Shown here in pieces: positions 20,693 to 30,977 of a stretch of DNA of 64,000 bases. Source of the DNA: an uncultured delta proteobacterium (lineage in GTDB: Bacteria > Desulfobacterota > Desulfomonilia > UBA1062); NCBI GenBank assembly GCA_963785235.1, contig CAWAUM010000002.1, positions 884-64,883 on the forward strand, read 5' to 3'. Every line of letters starts with the position of its first letter. Within the stretch, counting starts at the first letter, position 1. The translations under genes and the position numbers were made by a program. Under the pieces are notes generated by a model, which saw nothing but the letters and a program-made list of their open reading frames with translations, made no database searches and was not told the origin of the DNA.

Positions 20693-22044
20693 TTATATGT
20701 TCACCGGCAGAGTGGCCGGCAGCAGCAATCCGGCCTCGAAGGCCTGCCTCTCCAGTTCTTCCCTGAAGTCGGGATGTGCGATGGAGATCATGGCCTTTAC
20801 CCTGTCCGGCAGCGACTTCATGTAGAGGTCTGCAACGCCGAACTCGGTTACGATATACATGGCGTCGGACCGTGGAGTGGTCACCACAGTGCCGGGGGCA
20901 AAATTCAGCACGATCCTGGTCATGATCGAGCCGTCCTTGTTCTTCCCGGTGGACGGCAGCGCGATGAACGACTTGCCTCCCTTCGAGGCGATAGCGCCGC
21001 GGACGAAGTCAGCCTGGCCGCCGGTGGCGCTGTACTGGGTGTGGCCGATGGTCTCGGATGCGATCTGGCCGGTGAGGTCCACGGTGAGGCCTGCATTGAT
21101 GGAGCACAGGTTGTCGTGACGCCTGATGGTGTCATAGTGATTCGCAATCTGAATGGGCATGGAAAGGATGGTCGGGTTGTTATCGACGAAATCCAGGAGT
21201 CTCTTGGTGCCGATGATGAGGCCGCCCACCGCGATCTTGTCCCGGAAGATGGTTTTCTTCCTCCCGGTTATCACGCCCAGCTCTGCAAGCTCCGCCACCG
21301 CGTCGGAGAGGATCTCTGCATGAACTCCCAGGTCCTTCTTCTCGTGGAGGAAATAGGCAACGGCGTTGGGGATGCCCCCGATGCCCAGCTGGATGGTGGC
21401 CCCGTTCGGGATGCGCTCCGCGATGTACTCGCCGATCTTCTTCTCCAAGTCGGTGATCTCGATCTCAGGCACGATGGGGAGGTCATGATCCTTCTCCACG
21501 ATGTAAGTCGATCTCGCTCACATGGATCGTGTTCTCGATGCCGTGGATCCAGGGGGTCTTGGCGTTGACCTGGGCGATGACCTTCCTGCACTTGGTCGTG
21601 GAGAATCTCCCGTAGACCACTCCGCAGGGCCCGTAGTTCATGTAGCCGCGCTCGTCAGGCGGGGTCACCTCGATCATGGCCACGTCGTTGGCCTTGTACA
21701 GATCGAGGGCTTTATAGGCCTTCGAAAGGTGCATGGGAAAGGGCACCACGTTGCCCTGGGGTATGAACATCCTCTCCAGCGGGCCGCAGTAGCCGCTGTA
21801 ATAGGTGATCTTACCGACGTAGTCGCCGCCCAGGAACGCGTAGGGATAGATCATGAGGTTGCTCGCGATCTTCACCTTCTGGATCTCGTCCTTGCGGGCC
21901 GCGAGTGCATTTAAAATATCGATGGGCGCGCTGTTGACCGGCGGCACGATGATCCAGTCACCCGACTTGACCTGGGCGGCCGCCTCCTCGTGCAGTAACC
22001 AGCTTGCTCTTGTACTCTTCCTTCCATCCATTCAGTCCGGCCAT
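20693..22044 (-). CDS. Acetyl-CoA hydrolase/transferase family protein (4-hydroxybutyrate or succinyl-CoA:acetate CoA-transferase-like). Frameshifted near 21490 (an extra T) and near 21975.
   Basis: The N-terminal half (MAGLNGWKEEYKSKLV... / EEAAAQVKSGDWIIVPP...) and the C-terminal half (EKDHDLPIVPE...GGQADFVRGA) match Cat1/ScpC-type CoA transferases. The junctions are reconstructed by hand. Confidence 0.7.
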
Positions 22045-22085
22045 GTAGTGTCCTCCTTAGGTGCTATGTTGATCCTCTATAATTA

Positions 22086-22100
22086 GCAGGGGGTATGCCA
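22086..22100 (-). promoter_or_regulatory. Putative sigma-54 promoter for the CoA-transferase gene, divergent from the sigma-54 activator gene
   Basis: The minus strand reads TGGCATACCCCCTGC (GG-N10-GC), about 42 nt upstream of the ATG at 22044. Confidence 0.4.
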
Positions 22101-22252
22101 TGATTCAAGAGGGTCCAGAATATTGGTATTAATGATTATTTACATTGATGCCCAGGGGGGAAGCCCATATATTGGCAGATACTGCCCGAATATGGGCTTG
22201 ACTCCGGCATTTCGGGGAAGTACACAGGAAAGACCCATCAGCGAGGTGAATA

Positions 22253-25200
22253 ATGCACGATTTCACGAACAGCCACGTGCTGACCCTGGCACTGCTCAAG
22301 GCCATAGAGGAACCTGCAGACTCCGATTTCCTCACAGCCCTGATCCCCTTAAGCCCTTCAGAGCTGCAGGAATTCCTGCGCAAGGGGCTCGACACCGGCC
22401 TTGTGGTCATCCACGCCGACGGGGCAATCGGTCTGGTAAAAGATCTGCCGGTGGACGTATCACGAAGGCTTTCCCGCATCAATACCAAAGAGCGACTTGG
22501 TGAACTGGTCGATGCAATGCGCAGGCTCTCTCTGCAGGACTCCCTGGGTGAGAGCGCAAGGGTGTCGCTCCTGATTAAGGCGGGCCGGGAACATGATGCG
22601 GCGCTGTTCGCCCGGGAGGTCGCCCGTATGGCCGTCCGCTCGGACAACAAACCCAAGGCCATGGAACTCCTGGAGAAGGCACTGGCGCTGAGCAGTCCCC
22701 ACGCGGGAATTCCTGAATGGGATCCGCTCTTCCTCGAAATAGTCAACGAGTTGTGCAGGCTCAGGATCAACCTGATCCGGGACATCCCCAGTATACCTGT
22801 TCTGCTCGAACAGGCCTATCCGGTGGCCGAACGCCTGGGTGATCTGCGGACACTTGCACGCTGCGATCTGGTCATGGGTCTGTACAAGTATGTCATCGGC
22901 CGGACAAACGAGGGGTTCGGTCTTATCGAGTCCGGCCTGAGGCAGACCGAGGCCCTGGGTGACGAAGACATCATGGCCGTCTCGGCCGAATTCCGGGGCA
23001 TCTACTATTACCTCCAGGGCAAGTACAAGGAAGCCGTGGACAGCTTCGAAGCCGTCGTGCGCCAGGGCAGCCTGAAATCGGGTCAGACCGCGCTGACTTT
23101 CCTGCCGGAGCACCTTGCATCGTCATCGGCTCTCGGCTACTGCAGCGCCCTTCTGGGCCAGTACCACCGGGCCATCGGCGTGCTCGATTCACACTGGCGG
23201 AGATCGCGCATGGAGAAGGGCAACCGCAACAGCTGCTTCTTCGAGGCACTGCTCGGCATCGTTCTCATCATCATGGGCCGCAGGACAGAGGCATATGCGC
23301 ACCTTGAGTCCGCCAGGAAGGAGGCGGAAGAGACAGGCAACACTGCTGCCATGCATGTAGTGATGAAGGGGCTCTCCTATTACAGCTATTTTGAGGGAGA
23401 CCTTGATGAGGCCTACCGCATTACAAAAGACACGGTATTTACCGAGGCCATAGGCCCGCAGTACAACTGGCCGGTGACCCTGGAGATGCTCTACGCCTTT
23501 GAGCTCAAGGGGTTCCCGCCCATTCTTTCCTTTGGGCTCGAAGGGGAGATGGAACGTGTCCTTGCCGGCCCCAATCTCCATCTCAGGGGTGTTGCCCTTC
23601 GGATCAGGGCGCTGCAGGCCGGGAGCCGGGGTGAAAATGCCGAGGTTGTACTCTCGCTGATGGAGGCAAGTGAATCCGACCTGCTCAGGACAGGCGACCC
23701 CATCGAGCTGGCCAAGACCAGGGCCGAGATGGCCCGCGTAAAGCTCGGACAGCGCGACCGGGCATCCGCCCGCAACCTTGCGCTCATGGCCTGGGAGGGT
23801 CTTGGCGGGTACGGACGGGAATTCTTCCCGGACGACCTTATGCCCCTGCTGCGGATCGGAGCACCAACCAGGGACGGCAGCCACACTCAGGAGCTCATCG
23901 ACCGGTTCATGGACCTCATGGATGAATTCGTGCCGAGCGCCGACCGTGAAGAGCTTTTAACACGGCTTGTCTCGGCAGCAACCAGGTTCTTCAGTGCCGA
24001 GCGTGGCGGGCTGTTCTGGTTCTCCGGACCCCGCGAGGTTTCAAGGCCGGTATTGAGGGCGTCGAGCAACCTTGACAAATCCGAGGTCTTATCCGAATCG
24101 TTCCGTTCCACTCTGGGCCTTGTATTCAGGGTGTTCCGCAACGCCGAGCCCCTCGTCATGAGGACAGGCGAGCAGCTCAGCTTCACAGGAGAGGATCATC
24201 AGGCCCTGTCCGTCATCTGCCTGCCGATCTTTCTGGGAGGAGAGGTGCGCGGGGTGCTTTATCTGGACAACACCTATATCGATCCCGGCAGCGACGTAAT
24301 CGATCGCGATGTTGTGGTAAGGGTAGCCCGGCATATCAGCATCTCCATCGAGAGGATCTTTCACTATACCGGTATGATGGAAGCCAGAGTTTCATCCTCA
24401 CAGGTCCCGGCCGAGGGATCGGAGGCCCCAGGCGGTATACTCGGCAAGAGCACCGTCATGACCGGGCTGCTTGCCCAGGCCGGCCAGGCGGCCGTGACGG
24501 ATGCCACCGTTCTTATCACCGGTGAGACGGGCGTGGGCAAGGAGCTTCTCGCCCGCAGGATTCATGATAGTGGCAAACGGAAGTCCGGACCCTTTGTGAC
24601 AGTAGACCTGGCCGCTGTACCTGAAACGCTTGTGGAAAGCGAGCTCTTCGGTCATGAGAAGGGCGCTTTCACAGGGGCCGACCGGCAGAAGTCAGGCAGA
24701 GTGGAGCTGGCGCACGCCGGTACGCTTTTCATCGACGAGATCGGCGACGTTGGGCCTTCGGCCCAGGTGAAGCTCTTACGGGTTCTCCAGGAGAAAAGCT
24801 TCAGCCGCGTGGGAGGCACCCGCACCCTGATTTCGGATTTCAGGCTTATTGCAGCAACCAATCGGGATCTGGCCGCAGACGTGGCCGAAGGCCGTTTCCG
24901 TCAGGACCTCTATTACCGGCTCAATGTGATTCCGCTCGTCCTGCCGCCGCTACGGGAGCGCGGGGAAGACGTCATCATCCTGGCAAAGGAGTTTCTGAAT
25001 CAGTATGCAAGGAAATACCACCGGGTGCCGCCTGATCTTAGCGATGACGACATCTCCGCACTGACGGCCTATCCCTGGCCCGGAAATGTGCGCGAGCTGA
25101 AGAACGTCATGGAACGCACGGCAATTCTTTCTTCGAGCGAGAGGCTCCAGCTGAACCTGCCGGTGTCTCGAAATATCAGCATGGAGCCTTCGTTTACAGA

Positions 25201-25375
25201 CAGGCCGACCATGGATGAGCTTCAGCGCCGGTATATCTCCCATGTGCTCACACTGACCGGCGGCCGGATAGGCGGCCCCGGCGGGGCTGCTGAGGTCCTG
25301 GGCATGAAGCGCACGACGCTCCAGGCCCGGGTAAGGAAGCTTCAAATCAACTTAATTGATAAGGTTAAGGCATAG
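22253..25375 (+). CDS. Sigma-54-dependent transcriptional activator with a large N-terminal helical/TPR-like sensor region, a GAF domain, an AAA+ sigma-54 interaction domain and a Fis-type HTH
   Basis: GETGVGKELLARRIH, GAFTGA and ESELFG motifs. A GAF-like region (GGLFWFSG...YLDNTY). A C-terminal HTH (AAEVLGMKRTTLQARVRKL). Confidence 0.85.
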   Translation: MHDFTNSHVLTLALLKAIEEPADSDFLTALIPLSPSELQEFLRKGLDTGLVVIHADGAIGLVKDLPVDVSRRLSRINTKERLGELVDAMRRLSLQDSLGESARVSLLIKAGREHDAALFAREVARMAVRSDNKPKAMELLEKALALSSPHAGIPEWDPLFLEIVNELCRLRINLIRDIPSIPVLLEQAYPVAERLGDLRTLARCDLVMGLYKYVIGRTNEGFGLIESGLRQTEALGDEDIMAVSAEFRGIYYYLQGKYKEAVDSFEAVVRQGSLKSGQTALTFLPEHLASSSALGYCSALLGQYHRAIGVLDSHWRRSRMEKGNRNSCFFEALLGIVLIIMGRRTEAYAHLESARKEAEETGNTAAMHVVMKGLSYYSYFEGDLDEAYRITKDTVFTEAIGPQYNWPVTLEMLYAFELKGFPPILSFGLEGEMERVLAGPNLHLRGVALRIRALQAGSRGENAEVVLSLMEASESDLLRTGDPIELAKTRAEMARVKLGQRDRASARNLALMAWEGLGGYGREFFPDDLMPLLRIGAPTRDGSHTQELIDRFMDLMDEFVPSADREELLTRLVSAATRFFSAERGGLFWFSGPREVSRPVLRASSNLDKSEVLSESFRSTLGLVFRVFRNAEPLVMRTGEQLSFTGEDHQALSVICLPIFLGGEVRGVLYLDNTYIDPGSDVIDRDVVVRVARHISISIERIFHYTGMMEARVSSSQVPAEGSEAPGGILGKSTVMTGLLAQAGQAAVTDATVLITGETGVGKELLARRIHDSGKRKSGPFVTVDLAAVPETLVESELFGHEKGAFTGADRQKSGRVELAHAGTLFIDEIGDVGPSAQVKLLRVLQEKSFSRVGGTRTLISDFRLIAATNRDLAADVAEGRFRQDLYYRLNVIPLVLPPLRERGEDVIILAKEFLNQYARKYHRVPPDLSDDDISALTAYPWPGNVRELKNVMERTAILSSSERLQLNLPVSRNISMEPSFTDRPTMDELQRRYISHVLTLTGGRIGGPGGAAEVLGMKRTTLQARVRKLQINLIDKVKA

Positions 25376-25471
25376 TGAGGCTTATGCTTACTATGACCTT
25401 GATGTATCAGGAAAAACAAGGTACTCCTCTAAGGTGATTTGGTCCGCTTTTCCATACGGCAGGGGACAGGT

Positions 25472-26647
25472 ATGAAGATAGCAATTATTGATCCCATAGG
25501 TGGTATAAGCGGGGACATGCTCTTAGGTGGCTTGATACATCTTGGCTGCCCTGTAGAATACCTCGAAGATATCTTCAGCAAGCTCACTATCGGACCGTTC
25601 TCATTTCACACGAAACCGGATTCCATAAACGGCATCTCCTGCATCCATACCCGGTTCGATATCCCGGCCACGGATCACGGCAGGACCTATGCAGCCATCC
25701 GCGACGAGATCCTGGTCATGCTCCCCGATGCCATACGGCGTAGGGCTCAAAAGGTCTTTGAGGTGCTTGCCCGGGTCGAGTCAGAGGTTCATGCTTGCCC
25801 TATCGAGGACGTCCACTTTCATGAGATCGGGGCCATGGACTCTATCCTTGACATTGTAGGGATATCGGCAGCCTTTGTTTTCCTTGGCGTGGAAATGATC
25901 TATACCCGGCCTGTTCCGCTGGGCAGCGGTTTGACAGACTCGCTGCACGGGAAGATCCCGGTCCCTGCTCCGGCAACGGTGAAGCTGCTGGAAGGGATGA
26001 AGGTGAGACCATCAACCATAGCAGCGGAACTCACCACACCCACAGGGGCGGCAGTGCTGAATGCCCTGGCGGATAAGGGCGAACCTCCCCCCGAGATCAT
26101 TATCAAATCAGCGGGCTATGGGTGCGGGACAAAAAGGTTTGAGAACTGGCCCAACCTCTGCCGCATCATGCTCTGCGAAACCGATCCCGCAGCACGCTCG
26201 GAAAGGACATACAAGGTTGAGGCCGACATAGATGACATGATGCCCGAAGATGTCGTGGCAGCCCTGGACAGGATCCTGGATGCTGGCGCCAAGGATGCGG
26301 GCATCACCCCGAGGATCATGAAGCATGGCAGGCCGGGCTTCACTGTCTCAGCGCTGTGTGAAGAAGACTATCTAAAGGATGTGCTCTCATCCTTTCTCAT
26401 GCATACTTCAACCATAGGGGTGCGCTATCACCTCCTCGAGCGCCTGATCCTTCCTCGGCGGCAACACCGGATTTCCACAAGATATGGTGAGGTGAGCATC
26501 AAAGAGGTGGACCTGCCGGACGGTACCAGGCGATCCAAGCCCGAATACACTGACCTTTATGATATTTCGTGCAGAACCGGAATCCCGATTTCAGCGCTAC
26601 GGGATGAGGTGCAGCGGATAATGCGTGAGAATGAACAGGAGACATGA
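25472..26647 (+). CDS. larC: LarC family nickel-insertion protein (pyridinium-3,5-bisthiocarboxylic acid mononucleotide nickel chelatase, DUF111)
   Basis: MKIAIIDPIGGISGDMLLGGLIHLG matches the LarC N-terminal signature; about 390 aa. Confidence 0.8.
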   Translation: MKIAIIDPIGGISGDMLLGGLIHLGCPVEYLEDIFSKLTIGPFSFHTKPDSINGISCIHTRFDIPATDHGRTYAAIRDEILVMLPDAIRRRAQKVFEVLARVESEVHACPIEDVHFHEIGAMDSILDIVGISAAFVFLGVEMIYTRPVPLGSGLTDSLHGKIPVPAPATVKLLEGMKVRPSTIAAELTTPTGAAVLNALADKGEPPPEIIIKSAGYGCGTKRFENWPNLCRIMLCETDPAARSERTYKVEADIDDMMPEDVVAALDRILDAGAKDAGITPRIMKHGRPGFTVSALCEEDYLKDVLSSFLMHTSTIGVRYHLLERLILPRRQHRISTRYGEVSIKEVDLPDGTRRSKPEYTDLYDISCRTGIPISALRDEVQRIMRENEQET

Positions 26648-26668
26648 CAAGGAACAAAGGGAGCGGCC

Positions 26669-27436
26669 ATGATAAATCTACTTGATGCCTACAAGAGGGG
26701 GGAACTCAACGCAGACGAAGTTCAGGAACGTCTCATGCGCATGCTCTATGATGAGGGCGAGGATTTTCTCCTTGATCTCCACCGTTCTCACCGCATCGGC
26801 TTTCCCGAAGTGATCTTTGCCGAGGGTAAGACCACTGAACAGGTGATTACCATTGCAAAGAGCCTCTTTGAGAAGAATGGCCATGTGTTTGTCTCTGTCA
26901 TAGATGAAGAAAAAGAAATACACATAAGGCATCAGTTTGCACGGGCCGAGATGAAAAAGGCCGGGAGACTTCTGCTCATAAAGAGGCATGGCCTTGCGCC
27001 TCAGAAAATTCCCGGACGCATCGGCATTATAACCGCAGGTACCGCAGATGTCCCCTTCGCCCAGGAGAGCGCACTCATTTTGGAGGAACTGGGATTTGAT
27101 CTCATAAGGGCTTTCGATGTGGGTGCATCAGGTATGCATAGACCGCTTCTCGGCCTGAAAAAAGCAAAAGACGCAGATATACTTATCGTTTTTGCGGGCA
27201 TGGACGGAGTGCTGCCCACACTCATGGCCTCGCTCACAGAACTGCCAATCATCGCGGTCCCCACACCGGTCGGCTACGGCCATGGCGGACTCGGAGAGGC
27301 GGCCCTTGCCACCATGCTCCAATGCTGTGTGCCTGGAGTGATGGTCATGAACATCGGCAACTCCGTGGGGGCTGCAGCCGGTGCCGTACGGATACTCAAG
27401 ACCTTTCAGAGGAAAGCGGGTGGAGAAGCTCAATAA
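26669..27436 (+). CDS. larB: LarB-like nickel-pincer cofactor biosynthesis protein (PurE/AIR-carboxylase-related)
   Basis: A PurE-like core (GIITAGTADVPFAQESALILEELGFDL...VFAGMDGVLP) with an N-terminal extension typical of LarB. Confidence 0.7.
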   Translation: MINLLDAYKRGELNADEVQERLMRMLYDEGEDFLLDLHRSHRIGFPEVIFAEGKTTEQVITIAKSLFEKNGHVFVSVIDEEKEIHIRHQFARAEMKKAGRLLLIKRHGLAPQKIPGRIGIITAGTADVPFAQESALILEELGFDLIRAFDVGASGMHRPLLGLKKAKDADILIVFAGMDGVLPTLMASLTELPIIAVPTPVGYGHGGLGEAALATMLQCCVPGVMVMNIGNSVGAAAGAVRILKTFQRKAGGEAQ

Positions 27437-27461
27437 GAGGTCAAGCTATTTTTCAAATAAG

Positions 27462-27547
27462 TCCGTTCAAAACCTTCATCTTGCAGCCTCTGTGGAGCGC
27501 TAACCTTATGGGTCTTTCAAGGCTGCAAGATGAAGGTTTTGAACGGA
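27462..27547. repeat. Perfect 28-bp inverted repeat (stem) with a 30-nt loop in the larB-coaX intergenic region. It is followed by TTTTT and is probably a long terminator or structured RNA element.
   Basis: TCCGTTCAAAACCTTCATCTTGCAGCCT ... AGGCTGCAAGATGAAGGTTTTGAACGGA. Confidence 0.7.
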
Positions 27548-27669
27548 TCAAGTTTTTACACTTCTTGAACGCACTATCCGGGTCTAACCCTATACCCCAG
27601 GCCTTACTCCAAAGACCATGCACACAAATAGACCTTGATCCCATGGGAAATAAGGTCTAGACAAGGGCC

Positions 27670-28434
27670 ATGCTTGCCATCGATATCGGCAACACGAACA
27701 TTACGACTGGCATTTTCGAAGGCAGCGATCTATTGGGTGTATATCGCGTGCCTACCGAAGAGTGCCTCAAGGGATCGGCCTTTCTTGCCCATGTCCCTGC
27801 TCTTTGCAATGCCCTGCCCGACTCGGCTGTCATGGTGAGTGTCCGAAGTGCAGCTGCAAAAATCATCATAAAGGAATTCGAGGAATCGACAGGCGCATCC
27901 CCCATGCTCGTGGATGTTACTACGCCCATGGGCATTGAAGTAAGCTATGAGACAAAAGAGACCTTGGGCATGGACAGGCTCGTTTGCGCTGCTGCGGCCT
28001 TTCACCTGTACAGAAAAAAACACAGGCCTATAATCGTTATAGATATGGGTACCGCCACAACCATCGACTATGTATCCGAAAACGGTGTCTTCTTCGGCGG
28101 CATGATAGCACCGGGCATTAAAAGTGCCTATCAAGGCCTGATCTCGGCAGCCCCCCAGTTACCAAGGCTACATGACCTTTTTGCGGGTGAACTTGTCGGG
28201 ACATCCACTGAGGCATGTGCACGTTCAGGGGTAGTCTTGGGTCATGCATGCATGATCCGAAAGGTTGTGGAGATGATGGCCCGGCAAAACAAGGCAAAAC
28301 CTGTTGTCGTTCTCACGGGAGGGACATCCGGCATGGTTGCAAAGGGGCTTCCCAAAACGTATATAATAGATAACGACCTTATTCTTAAAGGGCTATGCGT
28401 GATATGGTCTTTATTGAATTCAAAAAAATGTTAA
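27670..28434 (+). CDS. coaX: Type III pantothenate kinase
   Basis: MLAIDIGNTNITTG and an acetate/sugar kinase fold; 254 aa. Confidence 0.88.
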   Translation: MLAIDIGNTNITTGIFEGSDLLGVYRVPTEECLKGSAFLAHVPALCNALPDSAVMVSVRSAAAKIIIKEFEESTGASPMLVDVTTPMGIEVSYETKETLGMDRLVCAAAAFHLYRKKHRPIIVIDMGTATTIDYVSENGVFFGGMIAPGIKSAYQGLISAAPQLPRLHDLFAGELVGTSTEACARSGVVLGHACMIRKVVEMMARQNKAKPVVVLTGGTSGMVAKGLPKTYIIDNDLILKGLCVIWSLLNSKKC

Positions 28435-28503
28435 GATTTTCTGACCATATATCCGATACCGGCATAACAGGGTTTTTTTGTAGAGAAACAACCGAATAAA
28501 GTA

Positions 28504-30294
28504 ATGGATTACTTGCTCAAGGACGTAATGGATTACATAATGCAAAAACGAAGGTTAGGAGCATTCCAGCTGCTCCTTATTGTGATTGTTTTCGCCCTTC
28601 CCGGCTCTGGGTCTGCCGCAAACAGCGCTGCAGAGGCGTTACAGAGCGCGAATTCAGCGGCCATAGACCTTCATCGTGATACAGACAAGAAGAAGGACAG
28701 GGTAAGCTGGATGGCCGTCATCCACAAATATCAGAATGTGGCGAAAAACTACCCCCATTCAGGTTCTGCCCCCAAGGCCAAGTTCAAGGCCGCCAAGCTC
28801 TATGAAGACCTCAATAAGTTATCCTCAAATCCCAAAGATCTCGACCATGCCGTAGACACCTACCTGGCAATCGCCGAAGAATACCCGGGAAGCCCGCTTG
28901 CCGATGATTCCATCTTCCAGGCCGCCCAGATCTATAATTACCAGCTAAGCTCCAAACAGAAGGCCTACACCCTCTATCAGAAGGTCATTACACAGTATCC
29001 CGAGGGTGACATGTCGCAGATCGCCCGGGAGCAGTTGAACTCGTTGAATATTGAAAAGAAGAACGTCACGGGCGTATCCAAGGCAGGCCTCGGCGAGCTG
29101 AAGACTGTCCGCCAGTGGTCGGATAAGGACTACACACGCATTGTCATCAACTTCGATCAGAACGTCTCTTTCAACACCTTTGCCCTGCCGGCCGACGGCA
29201 AGGTAAGCAAACCCAACCGGGTGGTTATCGAGCTGGATAATGCCCAGGTATCTCCGGATATCCCGTTCAAGACAACGGTGAATGACGGTATTCTCACTAC
29301 GATCCGGGTATCTCAGTTCCAGAAGACCAAGGTGAGGGTTGTTCTCGACCTTGCACAGAAGTTTTCCTACCATGCCTTCCCCCTTGATGACCCGTCGCGG
29401 CTCGTAGTGGATATCAGCAAGGTCGGAACAGCGGCTAAAATAGCCTCAATACACCCGGTAAAGGAGCCTTCAAAGGCCTCAGCCGATGTGGAGGTTAAGA
29501 AGGCCCCCATCAGGCCGGAGAGTGGATTCAAGAAGGTCCCCATGTGGTCGAAATCGCAGATGGGTGATGATGTGCCCTCTATTGCAGCACAACTCTCGCT
29601 CAAGGTCTCCAAGATCGTCGTTGATGCGGGGCATGGCGGCAAAGACCCGGGGGCTAAAGGGCCCGGAGGCATGCAGGAAAAGGATTTGACCCTGGCCATA
29701 GCCAAGTCTCTCGCACGCAGGCTCAAGCTCGAAGGTTTCGAGGTCTATCTCACCAGGGACAGTGATGTATTTCTCACCCTGGAGGAACGAACGGCCTTTG
29801 CCAACAAGAAACGGGCCGACCTGTTTGTATCAATCCATATCAATGCCTCGGGTGATGCCGCGGCTCAGGGCATAGAAACCTATTTCCTGAACCTCACCAC
29901 GGACTCATCAGCCATCGAGGTGGCTGCCCGTGAAAATGCAACCACATCAAAATCCTTAAGCGACCTGCAGCTCATCATCAACGACCTCATGCTCAATTCC
30001 AAGATCAACGAATCATCACGTTTTGCCAATTGTGTTCAGAAGAGCCTCATTTCCTCGGTTCTCACAAACGGTTATCAGGGAAGGGACTTCGGCGTGAAGC
30101 AGGCGCCTTTCTATGTTCTGCTTGGGGCGCAGATGCCTTCCATCCTGTGCGAACTGGGCTTTATCACCAATAATGGTGATTCTTCACTCCTTCAGAGTGA
30201 TGCTCACCAGGGCACCCTTATTGATGGTATTGCAAAGGGAGTCAACAAGTATATAATGAACACCACCTACGCATATAACAGGAGGAAACATTGA
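28504..30294 (+). CDS. N-acetylmuramoyl-L-alanine amidase (Amidase_3) with an N-terminal TPR-like region and an AMIN domain (AmiC-like)
   Basis: The AMIN region is VRQWSDKDYTRIVINFDQ. The amidase_3 domain has KIVVDAGHGGKDPGA and ADLFVSIHINA. Confidence 0.85.
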   Translation: MDYLLKDVMDYIMQKRRLGAFQLLLIVIVFALPGSGSAANSAAEALQSANSAAIDLHRDTDKKKDRVSWMAVIHKYQNVAKNYPHSGSAPKAKFKAAKLYEDLNKLSSNPKDLDHAVDTYLAIAEEYPGSPLADDSIFQAAQIYNYQLSSKQKAYTLYQKVITQYPEGDMSQIAREQLNSLNIEKKNVTGVSKAGLGELKTVRQWSDKDYTRIVINFDQNVSFNTFALPADGKVSKPNRVVIELDNAQVSPDIPFKTTVNDGILTTIRVSQFQKTKVRVVLDLAQKFSYHAFPLDDPSRLVVDISKVGTAAKIASIHPVKEPSKASADVEVKKAPIRPESGFKKVPMWSKSQMGDDVPSIAAQLSLKVSKIVVDAGHGGKDPGAKGPGGMQEKDLTLAIAKSLARRLKLEGFEVYLTRDSDVFLTLEERTAFANKKRADLFVSIHINASGDAAAQGIETYFLNLTTDSSAIEVAARENATTSKSLSDLQLIINDLMLNSKINESSRFANCVQKSLISSVLTNGYQGRDFGVKQAPFYVLLGAQMPSILCELGFITNNGDSSLLQSDAHQGTLIDGIAKGVNKYIMNTTYAYNRRKH

Positions 30295-30977
30295 AACGCC
30301 TGATATTGTTTGTGGTGTTCCTTTTGGTGTCCTTGCCGCTCTGGGCCGACTATGGGTTGAGTAATGTGGTAACGCAACACATCGATCGAAACCAGCAAAA
30401 AGAGCAACCCTTCCCTTCGACCGAAAAGATGTCTGTATCTGAACCGGTAAAGGGAGCTGAGCCGGCTCCTGTGGGTAAGAACCCGACTCCAGCGGTTCCT
30501 CAATTCAAAAAGTCTGCCTTTTACCCGTATACCATCCATATATCATCCTGGAAGACCAATAAGGACGCCTTTGCCCAGTACAAACAAAAGTACCAGAAGA
30601 TCGATGGTGTGTTCATAACCAAGGTCGATCTGGGTCCCACGGGCATCTGGTATCGCATAGACGTCGGGGCCTACTCACAGGACAATGAAGCCATAACGCG
30701 GATGAAGGATCTTCAGGACGCTGGCGTCATTGATGCCGAATCCTTTATCGGATCGAGCGTACCTTACACCATCGAACTGGGTGTATTGCCGGACAGGGAA
30801 CAGGCCCAAAAGATGGTGGATAAGCTTCGCGGCGCCGGTGTAGTGACATATGTCATGAAGGAATCCGACTCGGCATACCGGGTACTCTGCGGGGCATTTC
30901 CCAACCGCAATAGCTCTGAGCCGGCACTGAATGACCTCTCTGCTCTGGGCCTGCACGCCAAGATCACCAAGAGATGA
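30291..30977 (+). CDS. SPOR-domain (peptidoglycan-binding) protein with a signal peptide and two SPOR repeats
   Basis: YTIHISSWKTNKDAFAQY... and YTIELGVLPDREQAQKMVDKL... are SPOR-like. It is translationally coupled to the upstream amidase. Confidence 0.7.
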   Translation: MKRLILFVVFLLVSLPLWADYGLSNVVTQHIDRNQQKEQPFPSTEKMSVSEPVKGAEPAPVGKNPTPAVPQFKKSAFYPYTIHISSWKTNKDAFAQYKQKYQKIDGVFITKVDLGPTGIWYRIDVGAYSQDNEAITRMKDLQDAGVIDAESFIGSSVPYTIELGVLPDREQAQKMVDKLRGAGVVTYVMKESDSAYRVLCGAFPNRNSSEPALNDLSALGLHAKITKR

